Shown here: piece by piece, positions 7,229 to 17,314 of the stretch
How positions within the stretch are numbered: position 1 is the stretch's first letter
Layout of the letters: every line of letters starts with the position of its first letter
IMG/VR virus record: IMGVR_UViG_3300017782_004064
Span: 1-59,093 of that record
Origin: a virus
Taxonomy: Duplodnaviria; Caudoviricetes
DNA: 59,093 nucleotides
Direction: 5' to 3' (one strand)
Translations under genes and position numbers: made by a program
The notes under the pieces: model-generated
Told to the model about the DNA's origin: nothing
Databases searched by the model: none
What the model saw: the letters and a program-made list of their open reading frames with translations, nothing else

Positions 7229-9985
7229 TTATCGAGATTGTTTTAATGTTTCTTCCATCTGCCTGAGAGACTCCTCTTCTCCAAAGTCTTCTTGAAGCTC
7301 TAAGTTGTCTAAAGCTTTAAAGGCAGCGCCAGCTATCACACCAGCTGCAACAGAGCCTTTCTTGACTTTCTTAATAGGTGTATTCACCAGATAGTTAGAG
7401 AGTCCTAGCCAGCCTGGGGTCACTACATTCTTAGAAGTATTGATCTCTAAGAGCGCGTGGACGAACTTAGCAGGATTCTTTACGATTCCTACAGGATCAC
7501 GTACCTGAGAAGCTATGTTAGCCATTACTAGGCTAGTGCCTGCTTCAGTCTGATCTTTTAAGTAGCTGGCCAGCATTTTCGTATCTTTAAGCTCTTGCTG
7601 TACTTCCTTAGTGAAGAGCATATCAAATAGACCATTATCTTCGTATTTAGAGATAGCCTTCGTGATGCCTTTAACATCAACTACTGTTTCGCCTTTAACA
7701 AAGTCTCCAATGCCTGCTTTCTGAATGTCTTGAAGAACACCAGCTCGCAAGGCTGTCTTCATCTTCTCACCGCCAGCATCAATTAATGCCTTAAGCTGCT
7801 TCGTATTTCCTGCGTCTACGAGGCCTACTGCATTGTTTAGAGCTGTATCAGCATTCTGAATAATTGACTGGAAATCAGCATTCCCAAAGCGCTGCCACTC
7901 TACACCGATTTTCTCAAGGGTGTTCTGCATATCCACATCAGGAATAACCTCTGCTAAGAATTCTTGTTGCTGCTTAGAGCCATTGCGGAGTTCTTTTAGG
8001 ATAGTTGGAATAGATTCACCTTGTGTAGCCAATCCAGCAACAAACTCATCCTGTACTTCTTTCCAAGTGCCGTTTGCTTCAGCACCTTTCTTAATCATTC
8101 CGATCAGGTCAGCTGTATCCTTACTTAAGGCTAACTCAGCCAACTGTGAAGGTCTACCACTTTCGAGGATTGTTTTCACTTGCGATTCATCCATAAAGCC
8201 TTTAAACTTTCGAACTTGATCACTGGCAGCTTGCCATTGGTCTTTCCAGCCTTCTCTTACGCCTTCCCCAATTGGATTCTTCATAGAGGTAGTCAGCTCA
8301 GCATAAATTGATGAGGCACTATTCTGCGAGGGAGTCTTAGTGAAGATGTTGCCATCTACCATGCTTGAGAAGGTTTCTTTACGCATTGCTTGAAGAGAAT
8401 CATAAGCGCTCTTGTTACCGCCTTGGATCACATCTGGAAGCTGAGTTATCTTAACGAGCGTCTGCTGAAGTTTCTTATCAGCCTCATTGAAGACTAGATC
8501 GGGAGTGGGCTTTCCAGGAACTCCTGTTGAGGGGCTTGCTTTCAAGCGGGTTGCTTCAAGGATCTCTTCAGCGCGTTGCTTAACGTTCTTAATATTAAAC
8601 GAAACTGGTCCTTGAGCTTCTTCTAAGAGCTTACTGTAAAGCTGGGAATTCTCTGACTCAGCTAGCTCACCATACTTCTTTAAAGAATCTTGGTATTTCG
8701 TACCCAAAGCTTCTGTGTCGTACACTTTAATGCCAGCATCGTCCCTCATAGCTGCTAGATCTGACTCCATGTTCTTACGAGTCTTAATTAGGCTATCAAT
8801 GTCTAGTGCTTCAAGGTTCTGAGCTTTACCAGCGAGGTTATCTATAGTAGTAGCTACTAGCTGTCTCTGTGCTTCATAGTTCTTTCTGATAGCGGGGCTC
8901 ATTGCAGCTAGTTGCTGTTCAACCAGCCTTGCAAGCTCACTGTCAGCGAACTGTCCAGCCATCAACTGAGTTTGGTACTTTTCAGGAAGTTCTGGTAAGG
9001 CCTCTTTGCCTAGCTCAGCACGTTCAAGGTTCATCTTCTCCAATACGCCGTCTCCTAAGCTCTTAACAGCCTGGGCAGCTTCTACGAGGTTAGCATCGTC
9101 TGGAGACATTGAAGCCAACTCGGAAGGGGTAGCTCTCCGTGTAAGCTTACTAGCCTCTTTAACAAGTTTACCAAACGCTTCACCGCCTACACTGTAGACA
9201 GCTGCTGTCTTAGCTCTCTTATTGTATTCACTTTCAGGGATGCTGTAGTCTGGGTTGAAGACGTCAGCTATCTTGGTGTCTGCTAGAGAGCCTGTATAGC
9301 CAGACGTAGCAGCTGTTGTGCCTGCTAAGAAGCCTCTAATAAGTGTTCCTGTTTTCTTAGCTGCTTGAAGTACTTTAAAGGGGGCGTATGTGGAAACAAC
9401 ATTCTCTATATTGAGCATCTCGCCAGCAAAGGCTTGGAGGTCTTCCTCTCCAGAAAAGCCTGGCTTATTCCAGTAAGCAAACGTTCCAGGCTCCATGTCA
9501 GGAGTCTTATACATTATTGCTGGTTGGTTCTTAGGAGTTATGCCTTCAATTTCCACTGATTCGAAATCATATTCTGGGAACTGGTTCTGTAAGAAAGCTA
9601 ACCGTGCAGCGCCTTCTGGCTGTTTAGCTGCCCAGCCGGACATATTCAGCTCTTCATCGCTCTTTTCGCGGTCTGTTATTCTAGCTCCAAGTGTGTCATA
9701 CAGGTAATTATCCACGTACTTCCTTTGAGCCGCTTCAATCTCCTCATCTAGAGGATCTTTAGTGATCTTCTCGTAAGCGTACTTATAAGGTGCCATGAGG
9801 ATGCCATCCGAGAAAGATTCAGCGACGTCTAACGTACCCTTAACTGTTCCCGTCCTCAAGCTCTCCATCTCTTCAGGGGTAAGCTTTTCAGGGGCTTGTA
9901 CTGTGACAGGCTCGGGAGAAGTGAATTCTTCCCAAGGTGCCTGTGCTTCTGTCTCGTCTTGAAATTCTTCCCAAGGATTAGGCAT
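7229..9985 (-). CDS. Large internal virion (ejection) protein
   Basis: 918 aa, helical composition, last gene of the virion arm, N-terminal PWEEF x2. Confidence 0.6.
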   Translation of the reverse strand: MPNPWEEFQDETEAQAPWEEFTSPEPVTVQAPEKLTPEEMESLRTGTVKGTLDVAESFSDGILMAPYKYAYEKITKDPLDEEIEAAQRKYVDNYLYDTLGARITDREKSDEELNMSGWAAKQPEGAARLAFLQNQFPEYDFESVEIEGITPKNQPAIMYKTPDMEPGTFAYWNKPGFSGEEDLQAFAGEMLNIENVVSTYAPFKVLQAAKKTGTLIRGFLAGTTAATSGYTGSLADTKIADVFNPDYSIPESEYNKRAKTAAVYSVGGEAFGKLVKEASKLTRRATPSELASMSPDDANLVEAAQAVKSLGDGVLEKMNLERAELGKEALPELPEKYQTQLMAGQFADSELARLVEQQLAAMSPAIRKNYEAQRQLVATTIDNLAGKAQNLEALDIDSLIKTRKNMESDLAAMRDDAGIKVYDTEALGTKYQDSLKKYGELAESENSQLYSKLLEEAQGPVSFNIKNVKQRAEEILEATRLKASPSTGVPGKPTPDLVFNEADKKLQQTLVKITQLPDVIQGGNKSAYDSLQAMRKETFSSMVDGNIFTKTPSQNSASSIYAELTTSMKNPIGEGVREGWKDQWQAASDQVRKFKGFMDESQVKTILESGRPSQLAELALSKDTADLIGMIKKGAEANGTWKEVQDEFVAGLATQGESIPTILKELRNGSKQQQEFLAEVIPDVDMQNTLEKIGVEWQRFGNADFQSIIQNADTALNNAVGLVDAGNTKQLKALIDAGGEKMKTALRAGVLQDIQKAGIGDFVKGETVVDVKGITKAISKYEDNGLFDMLFTKEVQQELKDTKMLASYLKDQTEAGTSLVMANIASQVRDPVGIVKNPAKFVHALLEINTSKNVVTPGWLGLSNYLVNTPIKKVKKGSVAAGVIAGAAFKALDNLELQEDFGEEESLRQMEETLKQSR

Positions 9986-11358
9986 TATTGTTTCTCCCAG
10001 TTATTCTTATCAGCAGGGCTTCCGCCTAAGAACTTATAGCCATTTCTAACTTCACCTTTCTTAGGAGGAGTCGGGCCTGAAGGCTTAGTTTCAGCAGTCT
10101 TATCAGCAAGAGGCTTAGTAGCATCTAAAGGCTTCTGTCTCTCGAAATTTAGTGCTGGCGTGTCTGAATCAATGTAGTCCATTATATTAATGTTAGGATT
10201 AACAGAGTCTGTCAGGCTCTGCGCTTTAGAGAAGTCTTTATGGAATTCTCCTGTACGGTGTAGAGCTCTTAGACCACCTTTCAGGCCTGCATCCGAACCA
10301 AGTAGGTTAGACAATTTAATCTGTCCCTCAACTGCTTTACGAATTCTCTCAGCATCCTGGTCAGTAAACCTGGAAGTATCTCCAGTAATAAGAGGAGCTG
10401 CTTCAATTTGCAAGATCTGCAAGTTAGTTAAAAACTCTTGGATGTTCTCACGTTCGTCAGCTGAATAGCCTTCCTCATCTAGAACGCCTGACCATTGGCC
10501 TGCTTTCTCAAACAAGTTCTGACCATATGTCTTATAGAGAAATTCCGCACCAGTAAAGGTCTGTGGATTATCAACTACCTGCTTATAAAGTGACTCAGCC
10601 ATCCTCATAGAGTTCTGTCCAGAAAGCTCTTTATCGAAGGATTTTTCTTTATAGATGTCTCTCATCTCCGAGAAGGGACGTCTGTCTCGCGGATCTGGAG
10701 CAACTTCCTCTACAGTCTTCCCGCCGAAGAACATCTCACGGCGCTTCTCAGTAGGCTCTGTAGCTTCCGGTAAGTCTGCTGGTAATTCGTCTGATACGAA
10801 ACCTTCATCGCCCTCATAGGTAGGGATTACTGCATCAGTTCTTGGAATAGAGTCAATGTCTAATGTCTCTGCTTCAGGGGTTACTGCATCGTAGCTGTTC
10901 CTGCGCAGCATTTGTGTATAGTTGTCTTCTGCGATTTCCCGCTCAATGTTTTCTTTCTGCTTAGCTTGCTTAAGCTTGTAAGTAGGGTCTGTTTCTCTGA
11001 AACTTGCAATGAGAGGCTTTAATGTGCTCACAACAGAAGGGCCCTCAGCTTCAATAGCCTCTACCATTACTTTAGTAGCGTCTTCACCTTGAGCGATACG
11101 ATTAGCGAAACTAGCTACAGCGGCTTGCTGTTTAGCTGTTTTCTCAATCTTAAGGCTCTCTACGCGCTGTCTCTCTTCAATATCCATTTCTTTCAGTCTT
11201 ACTTGACGATCAAAGTCAGCTTTCTGTTGAGCTTTAGCTCTCTTAGCAGTGGCTATGTTGTTCTCTCTGTATAGATCAGCACGCTCTTTAGCCCGCTGTC
11301 CCTTATCAAACTCGTCAGATGCTCCTTCAAAGAAGCCTTCAAAAAATCCTTTAGGCAT
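9985..11358 (-). CDS. Internal virion (ejection) protein
   Basis: N-terminal GFFEGFFEG, coiled coil, C-terminal GYKFLGGSPADKNNW; position in cluster. Confidence 0.6.
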   Translation of the reverse strand: MPKGFFEGFFEGASDEFDKGQRAKERADLYRENNIATAKRAKAQQKADFDRQVRLKEMDIEERQRVESLKIEKTAKQQAAVASFANRIAQGEDATKVMVEAIEAEGPSVVSTLKPLIASFRETDPTYKLKQAKQKENIEREIAEDNYTQMLRRNSYDAVTPEAETLDIDSIPRTDAVIPTYEGDEGFVSDELPADLPEATEPTEKRREMFFGGKTVEEVAPDPRDRRPFSEMRDIYKEKSFDKELSGQNSMRMAESLYKQVVDNPQTFTGAEFLYKTYGQNLFEKAGQWSGVLDEEGYSADERENIQEFLTNLQILQIEAAPLITGDTSRFTDQDAERIRKAVEGQIKLSNLLGSDAGLKGGLRALHRTGEFHKDFSKAQSLTDSVNPNINIMDYIDSDTPALNFERQKPLDATKPLADKTAETKPSGPTPPKKGEVRNGYKFLGGSPADKNNWEKQ

Positions 11359-11860
11359 CTAGAAACCCTCCTTCATAGTTATCTGTTGGCTCTTCTGGAA
11401 GCTCTTCCTCTGCAGGAGCTATTTCAGCCTCCTCTTCAGCAAGGAACCCGCCAGCAGCCTCTTCAATGTCCATCTCTGTAGGCTCTTCCACAAGCTTCTC
11501 TGTGCCAAGAATCTCTTGTGAGACATCCTCATCATTCATGATTGCAAAGTCTGTTGCACCAGCACGCTTGGCAACTGCTACTGTCAAGGCCAGAACACGA
11601 GGAGCAAGCAGTAAAGCTAAGTCCATCGTAAACTTACCGTTAGCAACACCTTCAAAGAGGAGCTGGTTAGTAAAGCCTTCTGCAGGCATTCCACCTTCAA
11701 GAGCTGTAGCTATGTTAGCTGCTGTCTTGGGCTTGGTCATCTCATCAAAGAGGTACTCTGAGGTATCTTCTAAGTCAGTGAACTGGGGAGCCTGCTCGAA
11801 AGGCATCTCTCCAGGTGCCTGTGTCAGGGAGTATCCAGGGGTTGGTCTATTAAAAGTCAT
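11351..11860 (-). CDS. Conserved virion-associated protein
   Basis: FNRPTPGYSLT...PFEQAPQF motif recalled from HMO-2011-like podophages. Confidence 0.55.
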   Translation of the reverse strand: MTFNRPTPGYSLTQAPGEMPFEQAPQFTDLEDTSEYLFDEMTKPKTAANIATALEGGMPAEGFTNQLLFEGVANGKFTMDLALLLAPRVLALTVAVAKRAGATDFAIMNDEDVSQEILGTEKLVEEPTEMDIEEAAGGFLAEEEAEIAPAEEELPEEPTDNYEGGFLDA

Positions 11861-12181
11861 CTATACGTCCTCTACGTTTGCAAAAGCTTTAACACGCTCG
11901 TACCAGTCAGCATTAGCTTTCTTAAGATCAGCTACTGGGGTTTTCTTGGAAGCAGAGGCTATTGAGCGGCTTATGGCTGCTTCTTCGTCTGTTAAGCGCC
12001 CTTCTCCCATGCCAAGACTGTTAAGGGTGGACTCTGAGAAAGCTTCACCTCTAAGAGCAGGGTCTTGGCTTTGGCTTACTATCTCACGGCCTGTTGGAGT
12101 TGTCTGTTCTAGGAGCGTATCAAAGAGCTCATCAGCTCCCTTAAAAGTTCCTCGTATATCTTTAAATGCAATTTCAAACAT
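11861..12181 (-). CDS. Hypothetical virion-cluster protein
   Basis: AGGAAGGA RBS; in operon. Confidence 0.6.
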   Translation of the reverse strand: MFEIAFKDIRGTFKGADELFDTLLEQTTPTGREIVSQSQDPALRGEAFSESTLNSLGMGEGRLTDEEAAISRSIASASKKTPVADLKKANADWYERVKAFANVEDV

Positions 12182-12201
12182 TTATTTATCCTTCCTAGTG
12201 T

Positions 12202-13680
12202 TTATGACCAGATACTAGAGACAGCATCCCAGCCACTCTGTACAGCATTGATGACAGATGAGCCTGTAGCCTTTAAGCCGTCTTCCTTAACGCTAGCAAG
12301 CAATACCTGCCCAGCAAAGTTTCCAGCGGCACTTAGAGCTGTAGGATCATTACGAGACTCGTGAGCATACTTATTAGCAGCGCTGTAAGAGGCAGCTATC
12401 CGTGTCTTCTCGTTTTCACTGGCAGTAAAGAGCCATGCAGCCTCGTCTCTAGCGGCTTGCCAGAGGTTGTTAAGGGCAGTAGTACTCATATTATAAGCAT
12501 TCTGTACATTCAGCTGATTAGCAGCATTAGCACCAGCAGTATTAATAGTATTGACGTTACGTCTCCACTCTACATTGCTCTGGTCAATAGTTGCTGTCAT
12601 GTTCGCATTAAATGTCTCTCTCTGAAAGTCCATGTTGCGGTTATACTGATCAACGGATACAGCCATGTTCTTGTCGAACTGCTCGACAGCTAACTGATTG
12701 CCAGCGTTCTGGGCAGAGATGCTGTTAGCCTGTGCTGCATTGAATTGCTCCATGTTAGCAGCTATCGACTGATTCTGCATTTTGATCTGGCCAGTGAGCT
12801 GAGCAACGAACTGATCTACCTGCTGCTGAGAGCTAGCATTAAACTGCTTGGCAGCGTTATCGATAGAGACATCTGTTAGCATGTTCTGCTGTAGTGTCTT
12901 GAAGTTTTCTAACCGCTCAGTATTTGTAGAGTTCAAGTTAGTCATGTCCATCTGGAAGTACGTGGAAGCGTCTGAGGCAGCGATCTGAATAGCGGACTGC
13001 TGGACAGCTGCTGTGATTGCAGTAGCGGCTATTGAGGAAGCTCCGAGTCCTCTTGCAGCCATTGTTTCTTCTGCCTTATTGATAGCACCTTGTGCCCACG
13101 GTGGAATATTACCTGCATCGAAGTCTTCATAGAGGCTTTCTAGCTGACCTTGTATTGTGCTTAATGCACCAACTTCACCTTGCTTTAATTCGAGCGGATC
13201 AACAGCTGATGTCATTGTAGGGTCAATTGTAGCTGCTTGAGAGGCTCCCTGAGTGACTTCTGCAGCATCTACGGGGGTAGGGGTAGCAGCAGTCGTTTGA
13301 GTTACCTGTGGAGCCGTCTGGATAGGATCTGGGGCAGTAATAGGAGCTGAATCCGAAACCTGGTAAGCGTTAGGGTCTAGGACTTCGTTTGCTTGTACTT
13401 GCTGCTCAATCGGAATTACTTCCTGAGTCTGAGGATTATTAACGTTCTGGGCAACCTGCTGAGTGACTGTTGGGTTAGCATACTGCTGAATGAAAGCCTC
13501 ATCGTCAGTAATACCTTGAGCTGCTCGGTAGTCCTTGGCAGCGTTATTCCCGAAGGCACCTGAAAAGCCAGACATGATAGTAGAGGCTTCGAGAGAGGAT
13601 AATCCTGAGCCTACTAAATCGTTGAATCCTAAGCCAGCGCGGCTTGTTGGGTCTGTTCTAAGTTGTTGTGCTGTTACCAT
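12202..13680 (-). CDS. Gln/Asn/Ala-rich internal virion protein
   Basis: PPWAQGA...MAARGLGASSIA motif and QFNA repeats. Confidence 0.65.
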   Translation of the reverse strand: MVTAQQLRTDPTSRAGLGFNDLVGSGLSSLEASTIMSGFSGAFGNNAAKDYRAAQGITDDEAFIQQYANPTVTQQVAQNVNNPQTQEVIPIEQQVQANEVLDPNAYQVSDSAPITAPDPIQTAPQVTQTTAATPTPVDAAEVTQGASQAATIDPTMTSAVDPLELKQGEVGALSTIQGQLESLYEDFDAGNIPPWAQGAINKAEETMAARGLGASSIAATAITAAVQQSAIQIAASDASTYFQMDMTNLNSTNTERLENFKTLQQNMLTDVSIDNAAKQFNASSQQQVDQFVAQLTGQIKMQNQSIAANMEQFNAAQANSISAQNAGNQLAVEQFDKNMAVSVDQYNRNMDFQRETFNANMTATIDQSNVEWRRNVNTINTAGANAANQLNVQNAYNMSTTALNNLWQAARDEAAWLFTASENEKTRIAASYSAANKYAHESRNDPTALSAAGNFAGQVLLASVKEDGLKATGSSVINAVQSGWDAVSSIWS

Positions 13681-13685
13681 AGCTT

Positions 13686-13714
13686 ATTTTACCATATTTT
13701 GAAGGTTTTGTAAA
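13686..13714 (-). promoter_or_regulatory. Internal sigma70-type promoter, probably producing a leaderless mRNA
   Basis: TTTACA-17-TAAAAT with TG extension; only 5 nt to the ATG at 13680; no SD. Confidence 0.6.
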
Positions 13715-13718
13715 GGAT

Positions 13719-14660
13719 TTACTTCCATGCTGCGTAGATGTAGCTTCTGCCTGTAGTGTTCTGGAAACCACCTGAGGCGAAGTCAAAGCCGTCATCAGTA
13801 ATGTTGGCGTTTGAGGTATTGCTGGGAGTGTCAGAAGTGTTCAGTCTGATGTATGTTACGGAAGATCCGGGAGAGTTCTCCCACATTAGGGTCCAATCAT
13901 CTGTGCCTGTCACATCTTTAATGAGAACTACGGAAGGCTTAAACCCTACTCCAGTTACGGACTGAGTGCTGCCGTTTCCTGCATACGCTCCGAACTTACT
14001 AGAGCCAGCTTTCTCTGCAAACAGGTAAGCCACATGCTCATCGCTAAGAGTGTTCGTTAAGGTGTTAGCTCCAACATATAAATTAGTGCTGTCTGGCGCT
14101 GTTTCCTGGAAGGCAGTAGAGGAAAGCAGGCGAGGATCGCTAGTGTTTAACTCTAAGATGTAACGGTCTAGCCCAATATCGATGCTAGGATGCCATACTG
14201 CCCAGTCTGTTGCTGTGTCCATGTTCTTCACAATAGCCAGCTTAGGAGCTGAATTTAAGCCATGAGCTACGGAGAGGTTTGCGGCAGTTCCGGTATATTG
14301 AACAGTGTCTAAATAATCTGGATCTTCTGCCCAGTTGAAAGCTAGAAAGTCTACACCGGAGTTGTTGTAGTTAGAGCCTGTGCCCAGAGTGAAGCCTGCT
14401 CCTCCGAAGGCTGTTAAGCTGTTAGCATCTGCAACTTCCGCACCTGTAGTGTTAGTTCTGAGATAGTTCTCTACGCCGCGTACTGAATCAAAGAGATAGT
14501 TAGAGCCGCCACTGTCAGTGTCTTTGGTGAGAACCAGTCCACCTTCAGCTGTATTATTGACACCTGTAAAGATAGAGTTAGAAGCTCCCGTGCCCTCATA
14601 AGGAGTACGGCTGAACAGCGCTGTCGAGGAGGATCCGTAAAGGCTGAGCAGGTTAAGCAT
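13719..14660 (-). CDS. Tail fibre-associated / receptor-binding protein
   Basis: Repeated YxGxG...HGL...P..VIVK...W beta modules; follows the fibre gene. Confidence 0.65.
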   Translation of the reverse strand: MLNLLSLYGSSSTALFSRTPYEGTGASNSIFTGVNNTAEGGLVLTKDTDSGGSNYLFDSVRGVENYLRTNTTGAEVADANSLTAFGGAGFTLGTGSNYNNSGVDFLAFNWAEDPDYLDTVQYTGTAANLSVAHGLNSAPKLAIVKNMDTATDWAVWHPSIDIGLDRYILELNTSDPRLLSSTAFQETAPDSTNLYVGANTLTNTLSDEHVAYLFAEKAGSSKFGAYAGNGSTQSVTGVGFKPSVVLIKDVTGTDDWTLMWENSPGSSVTYIRLNTSDTPSNTSNANITDDGFDFASGGFQNTTGRSYIYAAWK

Positions 14661-15787
14661 TAGCTAGCATCTCCTACAACGATCCACTCATCAGTTGCGA
14701 TCTTAATGATTAAGCAAGACTTATACTGCGCATTGATTGTTACTGAGCCTGCTGATGTGCCATTTACTGTTACGCCTGTGTCTCCAGTGATTGTAACTGC
14801 GCCTACTCCCTGCTGGAGGAAAGCAATCTGAGTCTGGTCGACTGCAAAGGCAACAGCTGCATTTGTTGGTATAGTTACGTCCTGAGCAGTGGCTCTGTTC
14901 ATGCGCTGTACAGTGTTTGCGTCTGTCAAGGCAAGAGTGTTAGTTGCTCCTGTATCTTCAATTACTTTCGGGAAAGCATAGACAGGGACGTTAAAGGTAG
15001 CGTCATCTTCTGTGTCTTCTGTAAGCTCTAGGAATGTAACACCGCCAGCCTGGAATTCAATCTTATCGTTAGTGAAGCGCATCTTAGTGTCTGTATCGCC
15101 TAAGTGGACAATGTCCTGGCCAACAGTAACTGTACCGCCGAACTGAGGATCATCGCCTGTCTGGATGACTGTAGAGTCCACTGCGAGAGTGACTGTAGAG
15201 CCTGCACCGCTAGTGTCAATACCTGTACCGCCTGCAATGGTAATCGTATGAGTAGCTGGAGTGACTGCACCAGAGTCAGTGCTTACGTCCTTAACTACAT
15301 CGTCTGCCAAGCTTACTGTGCCGCTTGCAACTGTGAAGTCATCTGTGCCAAAGTTTGCTATACCCTTATTACTGTCTGTAGCGTCTTCTCCAGAGATAGT
15401 AATGGTTCCTGAACCTTCTGCAATGTCTATTCCCTCACCGCCTGTCAAGGTAGCTAGTACAGGGTCTACACCAGTTGATCCGATGAGAAGCTGTCCGTCA
15501 GTTGGCTGGGCAGTTACTGTAAAGGCTCCTGTTCCAGAGCCTAAAAGAATACCACCATCTGTGAAGGTTGCTGCGCCGCTACCGCCGTTAGCTACAGGTA
15601 AAGATCCTGTTACAGCGAGAGCAAGGTCGATCTGAGGGCCTTCTCCAGCAGTGCCGTCGTGTGAGTGCCCTGTTGAGCCGCTGGCAAAAGCCGCTATTGC
15701 GTCGAACTCATCATTAAGAGGAGTTGCTTCAATTGTATTACCTGTTGTTATATCAGATGCTGATTGTCTTACATACCCAGTACCCAT
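14660..15787 (-). CDS. Tail fibre protein
   Basis: N-terminal GYVRQS...LNDEFDAI anchor; LPVANGGSGA and G/T-rich repeats; C-terminal TIPTNAAVAF...WIVVGD. Confidence 0.75.
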   Translation of the reverse strand: MGTGYVRQSASDITTGNTIEATPLNDEFDAIAAFASGSTGHSHDGTAGEGPQIDLALAVTGSLPVANGGSGAATFTDGGILLGSGTGAFTVTAQPTDGQLLIGSTGVDPVLATLTGGEGIDIAEGSGTITISGEDATDSNKGIANFGTDDFTVASGTVSLADDVVKDVSTDSGAVTPATHTITIAGGTGIDTSGAGSTVTLAVDSTVIQTGDDPQFGGTVTVGQDIVHLGDTDTKMRFTNDKIEFQAGGVTFLELTEDTEDDATFNVPVYAFPKVIEDTGATNTLALTDANTVQRMNRATAQDVTIPTNAAVAFAVDQTQIAFLQQGVGAVTITGDTGVTVNGTSAGSVTINAQYKSCLIIKIATDEWIVVGDAS

Positions 15788-15790
15788 GCG

Positions 15791-17314
15791 TTATCTCCTG
15801 CCTTTAGCTGCAAATTCGATTTGAAAGTTGTCGATCCTGAAAGGAGCATCTGTCGTGGTAGCTCCTGAGAATCTGAATTGTCCTGTAAAGCCGGACCCGA
15901 CTAGTAATTTCCTGAATTTAGGGCTAGCAAATGCTGAATACACTGCTGTACCGTAAACCGCTGTTCCGTACGTTGCCACGTTCCCTGAGGTGCTGAGAGT
16001 TTGTGGAGCTGGTTGTAGCACGAGAGGCTCACCTCTGTCTAGTAGAAGAGACATCTCGAAAGTAGCGTTACCTTGTACTTGAGTGTAAATATTAATCTCG
16101 TGGAATACTTTACGGATCTCTGCATCGCCTAATGTTAAGTGAGGGCTTTGATACTCGAACTGGATAGCCGAACCGCCAAGAGAATTACCACTCTCAAGAC
16201 TATATACCTTACCGTCGCTGTAGTGTCCAAAGACAGCTACTTCAGAAGTTCCCTGGTAAGTTGAGCCTGAGCAGTAGGCTGGAAAGCCTTTTATTGTAGC
16301 CCACTCGTAGCCCGCTGACTGGTAAGTGCCTAGGAAGCCGCCTTGTGACTCTGCCTCCTTGTTAGAATCGTAGCACATCAGCCTGTATTGGTTCTTCTTC
16401 CGTAAGTATACTGATGAGCAAGTATCAGCTGCAATGCCGTCTATAGCGGCTCTGATAGAAGGCTGTATCGCCTTGCTGTACAGTGCTAAATCAACGTCAC
16501 CGATCTTGTCAGTTCCAGCAATACTTCTAAGGCCATCATTCGCTAGGAAGATTAAGTCTCCTCCTACTTCCTGTATAGTATCATTCTCGATACAGCCAAT
16601 TGTTTTAGAAACCTCTACTAAGCGGAAGTCTGCTGAGGTTGAGCCTTCTAGCCTGTGGGTGCTGTTTAGTCCGAATACGTAGACAGTACCACGGAAGATA
16701 GAGATAGCTGTTACTGCCTCTCCTACGTTAATCTCGATAGCTCCTGATGCTCCAGTAAAGTCTGTATCAGCGTTAGGGGCAGAGATGGCTATGCTCGAAG
16801 CGTTAGAGGCTGGTGCTAAGAGAAGTCTGTTATTGAACTCAACAGCGAACTTGGGAGCAGTCGGAGCTCCTGTGCCATTGATTAGAGTTTCTGTGGTGCC
16901 ATTATACTTCCAAGCGGGGTTCTGGCCATCTGTCTGGACAATGACTGGCTCTGTAATTGAGTAACTAATGAAACGGGCTTTATCGACGGTTCCTGTTCTA
17001 GCTGTTCCGTTAAGGGCTGCACTCCAGCCTGATCCTGTGGAGTAGAATATCTGGTTATCTGTTCCCACTCTCCGGGTGCCAAATACGCCTTCTAGAGCTG
17101 GTATTACTCCTAGTACGGCTCCTGTGCCGGGGAGAGCTGTAGAGTCGAACTCTGTATAGCCGAGTACTCGCTGGTAGCCACCTTCTAGAGAGGGCTCCAT
17201 GTTCTGTAGGACCTTTGCAGTTCCTGTTAAGCTGGTTCCTTGTGTAAGAGTATCTTCAGACTCAACAAGACCGCCTGCGCAGACTACTGGTAAGGATTGC
17301 CAATTCTCTCCCAT
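15791..17314 (-). CDS. Tail nozzle / tubular protein B
   Basis: 507 aa, beta-rich; GCIENDTIQEVGGDLIFLANDGLR; follows the adaptor. Confidence 0.7.
   Translation of the reverse strand: MGENWQSLPVVCAGGLVESEDTLTQGTSLTGTAKVLQNMEPSLEGGYQRVLGYTEFDSTALPGTGAVLGVIPALEGVFGTRRVGTDNQIFYSTGSGWSAALNGTARTGTVDKARFISYSITEPVIVQTDGQNPAWKYNGTTETLINGTGAPTAPKFAVEFNNRLLLAPASNASSIAISAPNADTDFTGASGAIEINVGEAVTAISIFRGTVYVFGLNSTHRLEGSTSADFRLVEVSKTIGCIENDTIQEVGGDLIFLANDGLRSIAGTDKIGDVDLALYSKAIQPSIRAAIDGIAADTCSSVYLRKKNQYRLMCYDSNKEAESQGGFLGTYQSAGYEWATIKGFPAYCSGSTYQGTSEVAVFGHYSDGKVYSLESGNSLGGSAIQFEYQSPHLTLGDAEIRKVFHEINIYTQVQGNATFEMSLLLDRGEPLVLQPAPQTLSTSGNVATYGTAVYGTAVYSAFASPKFRKLLVGSGFTGQFRFSGATTTDAPFRIDNFQIEFAAKGRR

Noticed and set aside
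11466-12218. 250-aa + strand ORF
   Set aside because: Antisense shadow of two well-supported - strand virion genes; Ser-rich, no RBS.
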